DNA of 64,000 bases from Ascidiella aspersa (lineage: Eukaryota). Both the position numbers and the translations under genes were made by a program. Positions 25,101-37,352 of the stretch are shown here, piece after piece; position 1 is the first letter of the stretch; every line of letters starts with the position of its first letter. Where the stretch lies: assembly GCA_963924565.1 (NCBI GenBank), contig OZ004608.1:32736001-32800000 (forward strand), written 5' to 3'. The notes below the pieces were generated by a model. That model had not been told where the DNA came from. It saw nothing but the letters and a program-made list of their open reading frames with translations, and made no database searches.

Positions 25101-28100
25101 GCGGCTACAGCGAGGAATCTTTGCGTTCTAAAAGACGCCGTAAAATAAATTAAAGGGTTTTAAAATGATATCAAAACAGAAAGTGTCAGACGAGGTAACG
25201 CAACTCGTCGAGCAAACGACAAAAAACGTTTCAAAGCAGTGGTAAAACAGGCACAGAAGCAGATCCAAAACGGAGAAACCTTGTCTATTTTTCGATAAAA
25301 AAACGGCCGACACAAAGCTGATTTAATCGCTATCCAATACATGATCGCCATGAGAGTTTGGGTTACAGGCGAGCCGAAATAGCTTGGCGATCGCGCTGGG
25401 CGATAGAGGCTATCCTGTGTACAGCCAAAACAGAACCACCAAACTGCATAATGCTATCTGGTCCCGAATCCCTACCCATTTGATACGCGCGCGGATCTCA
25501 ACTTACTTGCCTAAGCCGTGTATTAGAAGCATGGGAGAAAGAACTTGGCCACACCCGTATGGCAACTGGGCGCTTTTAAAGGACATCGCGAAAAGCCGTT
25601 TTCGGTTGCGGCAATCAACGCACATCAATGGCGTTTTTTATCGTTCACTTAAAATCTGAAGGCGATATGTGTTGAATGAACTACGTTTGTTGCACCCGTT
25701 TAGTAAAACCATGGAGTCCTTTTTTAGCCCTCTTTTAAATGGCAATAACACTGGCTGTAAGAGCTAAAGACTGGTCCTTTTTTAGCCCTCTTTTAAATGG
25801 CAATAACACTGGCTGTAAGAGCTAAAGACTGATATCAATAACGGCCAGCATGCCTTTTCAATAAACCAAAGTTTAATGACTTACAGCAAACATCAACAGC
25901 AGAAATCAAACATTATGAGAGCTAGGGCGGCTAATGCAACTGGACTTATAGTCACCTTAGACCAGCGTTTCACAATCTATGGACGCGATCCAAATTTGGG
26001 TCGCCGTTTGAGTTTGTTTGGAATGATTTTATGGTCAAATTTGCTGCGATAGGTTCTGAGAGAAACTTCTAGAAAATTTGAGAAAATTGCAAAAGCAATC
26101 CGAAGACATTGCTTAACCTTATCGAATAGAAGTAATTTATCCTGTGCTATATTTGTCTTGCGTTTTTGTCCACTTATAAACAGTTAACTGAAGAGTTGGG
26201 TCGCCGAAGTTTGTATTTAGGTCAAGGCGAAATGAGATGGAGAAACACTGCCTTATATCAACATGGAATTACTTACTTTTCCTGCATGATCCCCAGCGCT
26301 TCTGGCATGTAGCAGTGGATGTTGCGCATCTTGTCCGCGCTTGTGGCACATGTTTCCGTATTCTGGCGCCCGTATTCGGCGGCCATAACCTGAAAATGCG
26401 AACAGACGCCGTTATGTTTGAGTCAAGGTCAGACGAAATACTGAAGGTTTGGAACTGAGAAGTTGGCTGAACTTACGGGTTCAAACTATCCAAACTATCA
26501 CTGCTAATATGACAAAAAAAACAGTTTATCTTATTTTAGCCCGTTTTTGTGCCTTTTTTCCGCTTTCGTTACATAGATTGCAAACGGAAGTGAAGAAATA
26601 GGACCTGGTTGCTTTTGCGGCAATGAAAAAATTAATAGAGTTGAACAAAGACAAAGCAATTGCTAAAAAGGTTAACTCTTCTCGCCTCGGTTATGCAAAT
26701 AGGTGGCTATTGAAATAAGCCACTATACAAAAAAGTGACTATGCAAATAAGTGGCTATTCAAATTGTCTTATAAGTTTTACAGCCAAAAAACTGTCGCTT
26801 GCAGCCTCATAGCGGTAATTTTAAACTGGCCAGGAGGTTAGAAAGGGCGAAAAGACTGTGAACCCAACGCTTTTCGAAGCCGTCACGTGAAAGCAAGTCG
26901 CAGCCGGACGTGGTTTGAGTACAACTTTACAAGCGCTCATGCCTAGCGTCGTAAACGTCGAGCAATTAAATCCAATTAGCAATGATGGAAGGCGTCGGGC
27001 CTGAGGCGTTGTAGGTGTCTCCGTCGCATGTAAAATCCAAAGCAACGAATGAGCGATGTACAAAGCAGCAACCAAGGAAAGTAGAAAGAAGAAAATAATC
27101 AGAGGGGCAACCGGCGAAAATGAGTGATTATGTCAGGGCGGATTTAATGCCTCTCTCTTGGCAAATTGCCAAAGTGATTGATTTAACTTACAATGCGGGG
27201 GGAGGGGGGGGGTTGGTTGCCGCCAAGTTCCAGTTAGGGAAAGTACAGTCAACGAAACAACTCTAAACCCAAACTCGTAAAGAATTTTAGGGAGTTTGTT
27301 TTGGGCCCTTTGTAACTGTTTTACTTCACCGAATTTTTGTTGTTCTCTGAAATATAAGCCAATACCTGATGCTACAAGCATGTCCAAAAAATGTGCTCAG
27401 ATTCTAATGTAGCCTAACAATTTCATTTGACCAATAATATTTGGATATACGCCTCATTTTTTTCTAATCAAAATTTTTCGGTCCCATTCTTTTACATGCA
27501 TGAAAAAAAACAGTACGTAAAAGACAGCCAAAAATCAGTTTTTCATAAGAAAATACCTCGATAACGTCCGTTCCGGGGCAGCGCAGTACGATCGGGTAAT
27601 TCTCGCACGCCAGCTCGCTCGGAATTGGAAAGCGAAGTTTGGAGCCGAGGCCGAAATTCAGTCGAGCTGCGAAAACAAGAAAAGGTTAAATTTACTGTCA
27701 TAGTCTTGTTCTTGGGACTTGGGAGTGCTGTTTATAAGGTTAGCGGTGAGGCTTACGAAAGGCGATCTCCGATTGCTGACTTTATTGGGATTATTGGATT
27801 TAATGGCGGTTTGCTGGATACGGTCTAATTTCGACTGCCTCGTTTTGGCTTGAAAACATAAAACTGGACGAGATTTGTGGTTGAAAATGGTAGACAGGTT
27901 TTGATAGCGTGATAAGTGTGCCCAGCCCTGACATTTTTAAATTATTTTCAAATATGTCGATTTCTTGTACAGCAAAGTGTAGAAACAGTCTCAACGGCAA
28001 ATCACGTAATGGTAACTCTTGGCAAAACTAGAACCTCTTTACGAATTGTGGTTAATTTTTGGCAAGTTCCACTTGCGGTAAGTTATCGCAAAATGTATTA

Positions 28101-30757
28101 GTTACATGTTGCTTTGATAAAGGCGGTTAAATTAAAAAAGACAGGTGTTTTTTATTTTGTATAGGCTTTGATGTTTATTCCATGTCTAACTACAGCCTTT
28201 AGTCATTATGCTCTTAAAACTGTTTTAATTTATCCCCACATGTTCCACCAAACCATCCGCATTGTCACAAAACGGATTACGTTCAAATCCTCCGACGAAT
28301 CTATGAAAACGATGTTTTATTCATTTCCCGATGGCTGGGTCGGTCGAATTCCGACGGATAAAGGCTCGTTAGGGCGGCAGGGGGTCCCAAAAGGCTGTCC
28401 ACAAAGCGGGAAGTGTACCATATATATATGTGTATGCATGAGCGGGTCGTTATTCAGCACGGCGCATTATTATCGAGCGCTGTGTCGTTACGGCATCGCA
28501 GATTTAGTGGTGGCCTTTGACAGAACTCAATATGTAGCGGTCCGGCCGGGCACATGCATAATTAATGTCAACGTACGGGCATTGTCGGTGCCGATATTTT
28601 TTCAGGGGGGTTTCGGTACGTTTTGGCCCTGTAGGGTGCTGTGCAGATGGTGGAACTGCGGCCTAATCTGCAATTGTCGGGATTAGCCGGTGACCGAAAA
28701 GCAGCCGTTACAACAAGTGACCGGCGGGCTGCTGTTTGCGAACATGCCCGGGACGGTTAGAAGTGCTGGAAGTCGCGTTTTGAAACGTCCGGAGGCGCTA
28801 TAACTAGCAGGAGGGGGTGGGTACACACTACACATGTTGCCCGAAACACGCGGTTCCGTGTCTGATCCTTGCGTCCGCCGTGTACGATAAAACGTATCCG
28901 GATAACTGATCAACTTTTCGTTAATCCTAACCAGCGCCCATAAGTTGCGTACAGGTCGATTTTTATATAGCGATTGCCATTAGCGAGCGCTTCGAAAGCA
29001 AACATACAGCGACATATACACGGCTTCGATTGATGGGCCGCTTCGGATAAGGCTATTTGCCGAAGCCGGGCGTGGCGGCTACATATGAGCGCTTCAGTGT
29101 TTTAAGCAAACGTTGACAACTAAATTTATTTTGGCTTTTTTTTTAATTGGATTAAAATTAGAATTAGATGATTTTATTTTCTCACATTAGACTAAAATTA
29201 GAATCACCAATTTTTAAAAACAAAATTTAAACTAGAATTTGCCTTTAATCACTAAAAATGCCGTTGGACAAATTAGCACTTTTGATAAATCCGAAAAACA
29301 CTAGAACTATAGAATTACAGAAGCAATACAATTCACAAATTAGGTTAAAACTACAATTAGCCGCATTTTGCTCGGATTCAAAGAGAAAACTAGAATTATT
29401 ATCTATAGTTGTCCAACTCTGGTCTAAGCGATTCCGGGTGAGATTATGTCAATAGCGCTTTGCCCGCGTCATTTCGTCCAGAACAAAATCGGCGAACAAC
29501 GGGATCAAAAGTTGAAACCAGCGTTTTGCAAGAGCCTTATGCTTGCCGGCCTTCGCCTATTCTAATGCAAACAGCACGAGGCTATTTGTCAAAACGGTGG
29601 CCGCGAACCGTAAAAGGCCTAGAGTCAAGTTTAAAGTGTAGGAACGTGCCCGGATCGCAAAAAGACACCGCAATGGCTGATCACAGCGAATTTTTCTTCC
29701 AAACGAACGATAAAGCCCTCACCGCTGAAGGGTAAAATATGACAAATCGCGGCCGAATATAATTTGTCAAGAGCGTCGCGGATCCCTAGAAATCCTTGGA
29801 TAAAGTGAACCAGGGCTTCCGCGCGAATGGGTCCACGTGGAAAATGCACACACAAATTTCTGCATCTGTAAATATTGTACAGACATTCGATAGGTGAAGT
29901 TTAGGAACCATTTACCTCATAACCCACATAACTGCGACAAATTTCGTCTTGAATAGCCAAACCTAAAGGGTTGCAAGAAGTTTTCGTGAATTAAGTGGGG
30001 TCTCAAGACTTGTTTAAAAGCCATTTGGTAAACTTGCAAGCTGAGGGCACCCGGTATACATAGTTTAGTGATATTTGTGCCAATCTCGTTGGTCAGGACG
30101 ACAAAAAGTACATCACAAGTAAATATGCTGCTGCTACCAGTCACATATTAATTTTATCCTATGTTCGGCTACCTATACAATACCGGATGTCGTCACCAGT
30201 AAATACAACAAAACCACTTGCATTTCGTTGCATTGTTGATTTATTCCCTGATGAAGACATACTGTATTAGCCAAAATCGTCGGATAAAATAAATAAGTAT
30301 CAGAAGAGCTTCTTTTAGTATCACACGTACGTATAAAGGCACAAAAGGCTTCGTTCTTAGGATGTTCAGCATTTCGCAGCTAATTCGACCGACCCGACCT
30401 AAATGGCAAATTGGGCTCTCGGGCGCTGACGCTACACCTTCTCGACAAATAGCCGAGGCCTTCCTAATTAAAATCAATAGGCGCGGATCTTTATTTGACC
30501 CAATTAAGGGCGAAATTAGTTTTTATGGTGGCGCCGCAGCCGTGCGCGCACCACATTACTCCAATCTCGCCATGCATTATTCATGGCGCGAGCTGGTCTA
30601 CTGGAAAAACTAGCCCCGTGCGCCAACGAACATGGGGGTCCGTTCTGGGGTGCTGAAGAGCCTTACCGTCGGCCGTGTTGATCACAAGCAGAGTGAGGGT
30701 GAGGGTTAGGGTCGGGGTGAAAACAGAAGAACCCCAGCGTATGCGGGACTTCGTCAT
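6981..30757 (-). CDS. ADGRL: Latrophilin / adhesion GPCR L family, N-terminal 624 codons, 3'-partial: join(complement 30667-30757, 27557-27666, 26277-26389, 19612-19724, 15769-15917, 15208-15324, 13334-13555, 12458-12860, 11695-11943, 8417-8539, 6981-7162)
   Basis: Eleven exons with canonical AG/GT boundaries splice in frame without stops (phases 1,0,2,1,0,0,0,1,1,1,0). Domain order signal peptide-RBL-olfactomedin-STP-HRM-GAIN is diagnostic of latrophilins. Motifs include ELACENYPIVLRCPGTDVI, YGR, PCPGTYKYL, ADEQGLWAVY, YNPREQLLYAW and WPQT..G....PCP. Confidence 0.96.
8417..8539 (-). CDS. ADGRL: Latrophilin coding exon 10, second half of HRM (G)EAQWRC...WSSQGPDMSRCLTWINDLEQRLEQ
   Basis: Acceptor ttttatttgcag, donor gtacga; matches the W...GPD.S.C..W pattern of latrophilins. 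Confidence 0.94.
9516..9652. mobile_element. Degenerate Charlie-like MITE fragment
   Basis: catggcttcccaaactgtggtccg ... ggaccacg ... agttttgggaa, an imperfect inverted-repeat layout. Confidence 0.4.
9670..9748. repeat. Degenerate ~20-bp minisatellite
   Basis: atttttgg(a)(g/c)cgaaaa unit repeated three to four times. Confidence 0.65.
11695..11943 (-). CDS. ADGRL: Latrophilin coding exon 9, Thr/Pro-rich stalk and first half of HRM (CPP...GISWPQTAAGTVSSMPCPNGVR)
   Basis: Acceptor ttcgttacag, donor gtatgt; mucin-like run followed by the C..WP.T..G....PCP HRM motif. Confidence 0.95.
12458..12860 (-). CDS. ADGRL: Latrophilin coding exon 8, olfactomedin end KTWTTSF...FLICGVLY...YNPREQLLYAW...LHFRLPMPED
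   Basis: Acceptor catttccag, donor gtgagc; F..CGVLY and YNP....LY.W motifs. Confidence 0.96.
13334..13555 (-). CDS. ADGRL: Latrophilin coding exon 7, olfactomedin ANSRHIVKY...IKLEADEQGLWAVY...DTLSIE
   Basis: Acceptor cctacacag, donor gtttgt; IVKY and DE.GLW..Y motifs; 222 nt, phase 0-0. Confidence 0.95.
15208..15324 (-). CDS. ADGRL: Latrophilin coding exon 6, olfactomedin EYDNTEQF...LPFRISGTSYVIYDGNIFYIK
   Basis: Acceptor ccttccag, donor gtgagc; LP.R..GT..V.YDG..F motif; 117 nt, phase 0-0. Confidence 0.95.
15769..15917 (-). CDS. ADGRL: Latrophilin coding exon 5, olfactomedin start (M)FGCPGTLSG...AGSWSKDP...SRTIQ
   Basis: Acceptor tttttttctag, donor gtcagt; FxCPGTL and GxWxKDP motifs. Confidence 0.95.
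16684..17140. repeat. Diverged local duplication, offset ~272 bp
   Basis: taccagagttgggcaaattagaaa.agtctgtaaaggttt.tggtgttttgcaat at 16689 and 16961, with similarity continuing >100 bp. Confidence 0.9.
17346..17390. repeat. Tandem duplication, 23-bp period
   Basis: ggtccaatttattgttaaatct occurs twice. Confidence 0.9.
18622..18699. mobile_element. Very short (78 bp) hAT-like element or remnant
   Basis: Ends cagggttgg / ccaacactg (8/9); internal inverted ccgatacc / ggtatcgg. No TSD seen. Confidence 0.4.
19612..19724 (-). CDS. ADGRL: Latrophilin coding exon 4, RBL end: CNNKTTCKVTVSDQHFNPNPCPGTYKYLHVTFNCVKY
   Basis: Acceptor tctgtttag, donor gtaaga; PCPGTYKYL signature of SUEL/RBL lectins. Confidence 0.96.
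25716..25831. repeat. Perfect tandem duplication 2 x 58 bp
   Basis: gtccttttttagccctcttttaaatggcaataacactggctgtaagagctaaagactg occurs twice. Confidence 0.95.
25963..26250. mobile_element. hAT (Charlie-like) MITE, 288 bp, ending 26 bp from latrophilin exon 3
   Basis: TIRs cagcgtttcacaatct / agatggagaaacactg (13/16); TSD ccttagac / ccttatat (6/8); internal repeat ttgggtcgccg x2. Confidence 0.78.
26277..26389 (-). CDS. ADGRL: Latrophilin coding exon 3, RBL: VMAAEYGRQNTETCATSADKMRNIHCYMPEALGIMQE(K)
   Basis: Acceptor ttttcag, donor gtaagt; YGR motif and both cysteines are spaced as in the latrophilin RBL. Confidence 0.95.
27557..27666 (-). CDS. ADGRL: Latrophilin coding exon 2, RBL start (A)RLNFGLGSKLRFPIPSELACENYPIVLRCPGTDVIE
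   Basis: Acceptor ttttcgcag, donor gtattt; resembles vertebrate ELACEGYPIELRCPGSDVI. Not in the ORF track. Confidence 0.95.
30667..30757 (-). CDS. ADGRL: Latrophilin coding exon 1, putative signal peptide MTKSRIRWGSSVFTPTLTLTLTLLVINTAD
   Basis: ATG at 30757; basic n-region followed by a hydrophobic stretch; strong donor G|gtaagg; phase 1 matches the next exon. Confidence 0.8.
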
Positions 30758-30990
30758 CGTGTGTTTTTTCGAAGCCGATCCGCTCCTTTTTTTGTCTTCT
30801 TGTTTTTATTTTCTCTTGCGTTTTAATCCAGGCGTGGTTGCTTTTCAGATGGCACGCCAAATTCGCGGTGTCTTTTTCTTCGGTCTTATTGCTGTTATGT
30901 TGCTGAGGATATTGCTGCGGTCACTTAATGGCCCCACATTCTTTAAAACCGCTTTTCTAAAAGTCGCGATCGTTATAAAGTTCCTATCTC
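30758..30990 (-). promoter_or_regulatory. Probable 5'UTR part of the first coding exon, containing a 4-codon uORF (MWGH*, 30925-30939)
   Basis: Strong acceptor tgtttttcag at 30991-31000. The only ATG between it and the main ATG starts ATG TGG GGC CAT TAA. Confidence 0.5.
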
Positions 30991-33900
30991 CTGAAAAACA
31001 TGCAAAAAATTGGCTTTTTTTGACTATTTTGGAAATGATTTCCAGAATCCTTGTACAATTTGATGCCGAACATTGATACTGAAGATGCTTTTAGGGGCGT
31101 AATGTATTTATCATTTAATATCCAAACAAACTGATTTTCGGTTTGCTTAGTTATGCACTTAGTTTAATCTTTATGATTGGTGTGCAACCAGAATAGTTTG
31201 TTTTTCACCATTCGGATTCAGGCAGATTCTGTTATTCGAAAGAAAATTCTGATTTGACCTATACTTAATTAAAATTATGCTAATTAAAAAACAGTCACTG
31301 TAGAGTGGCCAAAATTGCAAATACAACTGTTTTTAGGTGGACTATTTTACATATGGCAAACTTACCAAAATGCCTGCGTGTATAAAACTGAAAAATTTCA
31401 ACTGCAATTTACTGCATTTATTTTACAAGCCCGGGACCGTTATAGCTAACGGAGTGCCCTAAAGGCCATTTCGAATTCAGTCGGGATGCGAGAGCGATGG
31501 TTAACTTGCGCGGACAGATCAATATTGATTAGCTTTCAGCAAAGCCAATAAAATGTCCCGGGACCTTCTCGTATACATTTTCGCTCCGAGCAACGCTGAC
31601 ACGGCGATTGGATAAAAGCTAAAAAAGCGAAACCACCAACCGCCATTTACAAAATTAGAACCAGCTTTGGAGAAAAGTTGCTTAGCCCAGTGCATAAAGG
31701 CAGCGTGTTTGCTTAAATCTCCAATAAGTAAGTTACCGTTCGGCATAGAAGGCCAGTATGCTATGTGACCCATGTAGGAACAAATATTCTGAAACTTATG
31801 AGTCTCGTTAAATAGTTAAACGCCTTAATTTCTGCATATCTGGGTGGCAACTGATCTATTAGTCCCGAAACCAATAACGCTCTAAAAACGTTGGTAGAAT
31901 AATGTTGTTGAATAAGACACATTTGTACAAATTTCTTGGTATACATTTAAACGTATTTGTCTTGAATCCAAAATCTATCCGAAGACATTAGCAAAATAAG
32001 ACAGTTGGTACGTTTCTAATAAGATAATTATCGTTAACGTATAGTTATTGTAAAAGCAAAGCACGACCGCTTTGTAAAACAAAACGTTCAGGTTGACAAA
32101 TCAAAGACATTACACAAACAAAAAGAGCCACAAAAACTCAAAACCTGTCTTTATTGGCTTGTAAACCTTGTCCTTTCTGGCCTGATGTCACGGCTAGCAA
32201 TCGGGCGTCCAAATTCGCCGCGATCCCTGGCCTATACTGTCACTTCCCCGCAATCGATTCTTAAAGTCAAGGGCAACCTCACTCCGTTTGCCTTTGTTCG
32301 ATTTTCGCGCCTCGCCAACCACAACCACAAATACTAGTTTCCAGTAGTGTTGTTGGCCTACAAGATCGACCAGCGTGCAAGCCGGCCACATCAAAGCGTG
32401 TTGTGCGAGTCAAGTGGGCCCTTCAATCCGCAAGGACAACACTCGTGCTCCGTGTGGCTTGGGGCTATCGACTGCCCTGTACGGTGGTGTTGTTAGTGTG
32501 GCCGTTTTCGACCGGCGTCTTTTTAATTATTTCAATCGAAAAGTCATATAGGTCAAGTAAACGCACTTATTAATGCATATATAGAGTATCTGGGGTGGCG
32601 TTTTGCGAATTTACACCCTCCCAAGAGAGGAAAACATCTGAACCGATTTGATGGCATTTGTACGCTTTTTTAGTAAAGATAATTAGGTAAAGCTACCTAA
32701 CCATGAAAAATACAGCGTCTGAAATACATATTTCGACTTACATATTGTATAAAAACTAACTGTCTGATACGGTTCCAGGGTACTTTGATATCCAGCTAAG
32801 CCTGTTACACAAGCGTCAATTGAATAGCGATCTAACATCCTGTCTACAAAAACATTTCTCACGGTTTTGGCAAACCTACCGCCATTGAAAACGGCCATGT
32901 ACAGTCAGAGACTGGAAATAGTAAAAATGTTAAAAAAAATTGAAGCCGGTGCCTTTTATATCGGTACTAGCGATTTTTAGACCTGTAACCTGGTACACAA
33001 ACACTGCTGCTATTTCGACCGTCGACAAGGCTGAAAATCAGTCGAAACGCGACACATCGTAAAATGTGCGGGGGCATATGTTCGACACGTTGTATACCTG
33101 CCCTTAAACACCTGGCACTACATGTTTCGAGTTTCGCAATCGGACTTGACGCGTGTCTTACAGCTGACTGACCGACTGACGGACTGGCAGGTGACAGGCG
33201 ATTAACAAATCGATTTCACACACCTTCTGTTGTTAGTTGAACATTTCCTTATCTACTAAACAATCCCAAAAGTGAATTTGATTTTTTGCATTACGATTGT
33301 TATATTTTTCGTCATTAAAATGACTTAAAACTGGAAATGAAGATATGTGTTTTTAAGAATTTTCGTTGCCAAACCTACAATGACAAATAACACGCAATAC
33401 TTCAAAATGAATTTCTCTATATCTAAAAATAAACATCTCTTTAATGAAAAAGCTCCCACTGCTTTTTAGATTCAAAGATATTTCCATAGACCAGCCACCT
33501 GTACTCTTTTGTGCGCCTCTGCTCACTTATCCATACCCTGTCATAAACACAACGGTCCCAAATCGTGGAGAAAACGAAGTTAGCCGGGCCATCATTGGCA
33601 ATTTCAAAATCCGCCGTTAGCACACAGGCCTGGCTCAGCGTGACTGCACGAAGCCATTCACGTTCACCTCTAGCACAAACAGCAGGCCACAACCTACTGA
33701 TACACGGCACTAACTGGCGTGTGAACTTGCCCGGGTGGTTCAGGTGCATTCGAGCGTTACTCCGTAATTGAGGCAATTAATTGGCACCTCGACGAAACGT
33801 TGGTGTCTCTCTCTCGAAGACACGCCCATCCCTCTATATGTCGAGGTGTTTATTTGTTGGTGAATTGAACCGAGGGATGGGTGCTTACGAGGTTTTTTTG

Positions 33901-36900
33901 GGTTCTACAGAATAGAAAATCGCTAAATATGGACGCTATACTTGTTTAAGTGTACGCGATCACAAAATATTAAATAATAAGTTTTAATAAGGGCGCATTT
34001 AGCATTAATTTATGTTGGCAAAACTGGTGAAAACAGGGACTTTAGACCCTAAAAGAGACTTTTACAGGGAAATCATTAAATCCGCGATTCCATTTAAGCC
34101 AAACAGACCAAATAAAAAGAGACACAATACAGCATCTACAAAGCCGGGGATTTTAAAAGATCAAGGGAATTTTTCACAACGGCATTGAAACCAGGCCTTG
34201 AAGTCTATAGCAGCCAGACATACGCGACCATTACCCAAATTTCAGGATGAAGAAACTACAAAAATTACAAGTTTACCGGGTTCATGTGCCCGGTCCGTGA
34301 TAACTGAAGCGTAAAACGGGGCGCGTAATAACAGGTTCGTTTCGCCAACAAGCGCTTTACTCTGTACATTGGGAGCAATTTGGAGTCGCGGCAAAGTTCT
34401 AATTACGGCTTGGCGGCAAGACAGGAACTAGCTCTTCCATCTAAGCGCAGCAACTAGACTAATAGCTGAACGGGCTGTCAGGCGCTGGATCAAATTAGAA
34501 AGGCGGTACGGTGCGAAAGTTTGCCTCTGTGGCGAAGGCAGACAGGTAAAATATCAAAACAAGTCCAAGTTCGGGCAATTATCTTTCGCCGGCCAATGAG
34601 CGCCCATTCGCCGCGCTGCCTTTTGCGTGTTGCCGATGCCGGCGCCGCGACCGCCTTAATAGCTAAGCCAATATTTGCCGACATATTTTCCCGGGCCACT
34701 CTCGCAAACGCAAACAAACAGCGGTCGGCGCGCCCTGCCAAAACCAGCTCGGCGCGCGCACGCTATGCCCCCTTTCTTAACCCCCCTACACACAAAAGAA
34801 TCACGTCATATCTCCTTCCAGCCGCCTTTTCGCAGCGAAAAGGCCGGTCGTTTTAATCCGCTTTCGGCGCAATCTGGAAGATACGCGACTGGAAGTAGTT
34901 GCGCCGTTTTTGTTTCGCCCAGCAGTTGGTCGCAAAAACAATTCGTGCCCTCTACGGCCGCGCCCGTATTTTAGCCGATCCGCTCAAGCCGATTAATATA
35001 TCGGCGGCGGGTCAGTTTACGCGGACCGCGTTCCACAAATTGCCAGACTTCCTTTTCTGCTAAACAAGCTTTTCAGAATTGGTCGACTTAAAATCAAGCG
35101 GCTGCACGCCTATTAGTCATTAGGTAGAATGACATGTTTTCCCCCTTTTTGATTTGTCATTCATTTTAATGTCGCCTCTATAAAGGCAGTAGCACCGACG
35201 GGGCATCGATAAATTTTGCGCTTACGTTAAACACCCAATTATGTCACACCTTTTTTTCGCGTAGCGTTTGAAAACAATCTACCTTAGCAGTGGAACTACG
35301 TACAGTCGAACATTTGTTAGCCACCGCCTATAAAATGCCCTTTAAAAGTTCCTTTACAGGCGTAACTGTAAAACTTGAAACTGTGCGCAATCATAGTCGA
35401 ACAAAACTTAAGAAAAACGTTTTTGCCTGTCTGAATCGCTGTCAGACTGATTTTATTTAAGATCGACTCTCAAGAAACTTCGCCGCCAGGAAGCGAGAGT
35501 CGATATCCGGCCGACGCGCAATCTTTTCCGACATAATCAGCGCGAACTACCTCGTTTTCAGCACTTATCCAGACCAAAACACTACAGCTTGAAAGAAATG
35601 CGTTCTGACTGTCACTTGGAACAAGGTTACTTATCCAGTTATAAAAGCATACAACTAGCACCAACTGCAATCCATAATTTTTGCAACAAAGTTTAGCGGC
35701 AAATTTGTTTTCGGCCGAAATCCTACGCCAGAAAAAATGTTGTTATATACGCCAAAACAGCTGTTTTTCTTTGTAAATTTTCACTAGGCGGGCTAAAATT
35801 TTTCACTATTGCAATCCAAATAATTTCACTTGCGTGCTTTTGGGCAAACACTCCACGCCAAAGATTTTTAGCGGGAAAGCATTGGAATGCAAAGGGGCCA
35901 CCATTTAGTACAACAGTGCTCCAACCTTAATGTGAGGAGCAATTTCAGTCAAAATAATCCACAAGTAGCACCTGGACTGTTATTCTACAGACGTTAGTCA
36001 CGATTTCACAATCGCAGCGAAACGCGTGACGAAGGCCCTCGACTAATTGAAGAGGCTCAAACTAGCTACAGTCGAGCCGTTGAATCAATTAAACTTGACT
36101 GCTGAGCATCCGCCCGCCTAGCGCGCGTAGGGGCACTTTTAAGCTGAATAATTCCTTTTGCGACCTGCCGACTGGTGTTTCTAGTAGCTGGCGGTCGAGC
36201 CTGGTCATTGACTAAAACTGCCGAGACGCACTTGAAACATTTATAGCGGGCAAGTACTTTTTTTCGACCGTTGGAAAACTTGGTAATTCCAGAGTCGAAA
36301 ACAAAATGTGACGCTCTTTTAGTAGCCTACACTTATACAGCACTACCGGCGTTCCATATAAAGTTTAAATTGCTTAATTGCCGCTTTCGATAAATGAACA
36401 ATGGCTCATAGGCCGACAAATAGAATTTATTTGCAGTTCATCTGCGGCCATTCGATCCAAAAGTGTCTTGGGAATAACTCCTAGCAAATTCAACCTTTCA
36501 GACTGAGTGTTTCAAATCATTTCTAAAGCTTGCGACAAAAGTAGCTTGCAAAAACCATGCAAACAAACTCAATATAGTACAATTTTAATAAGTATACACT
36601 GCAGTTAAGGCTTAAAACACCTTTCTGGTAAATATATCAGCATTTTGAAATGCTTTTAAATGAGCAGGTTCCTGTCCCAAAGTGAACACACTATTCCGGA
36701 CCATGTAATCAACAAAATCTGCCAGTCGCCCTGCATTCAACTGCTTTAAGCTCAAAACTAAAAATCAACGACAACAGCCGACGCTAAGAAGTCACTACTG
36801 TCGGTGGAATATCTGTCCGACTGATCGCTTTGCATTTCTCGCGCGTCGAAACAGCGAAAAAACGCTTCGAACAAAAAAAGCGCCGGCGTCCATCTATCGG

Positions 36901-37076
36901 TCGCCTCTCGCCGGTTCCTCGCGGCGGGGAAAAAGCGCGCTCTTTTCTCTCACTGCTCTCACTTTTCGCCTCTCTCTCGCCTCTCGGCTTGTGGCGCAAC
37001 AGAAGGCCAGTTTACAGGTACAAGTTTTTAAGTACCAGCGTACCAGCTTCTGTTTAGCCAAACTTTTTCTCTTTCA

Positions 37077-37352
37077 AATTTGCAAGCTTACTGACACTTA
37101 TATTTTTAACAACGACCCTTAACAAAAAATTGGCAAAACTACGCCTACGTTTGTAAATACCAGAAAATGTAAGTACAATATTGTAGTAAAATATGTATAA
37201 ATAAGGTTTTAAATTATTCTAGTTCATATTTTTTTAATTTGTAAGCTTACGGACACTTACATTTTTAATTCCGACCATTATAAATAATTTGGCAAAACCA
37301 CGCCTACGTTTGTAAATACTAGGTAAATTTAAATACAATAATGTAGTCAAAA
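37077..37352. repeat. Diverged tandem duplication, offset 159 bp
   Basis: aagcttac.gacactta...ttggcaaaac.acgcctacgtttgtaaatac occurs twice. Confidence 0.9.

Noticed and set aside
28168-28686. 172-aa plus-strand ORF
   Set aside because: No domain pattern or splice support; length is explicable by a GC-rich island.
35470-35670. Minus-strand ORF considered as a latrophilin upstream exon
   Set aside because: No latrophilin similarity, ends in a stop rather than a donor, and the N-terminus is already complete from 30757.
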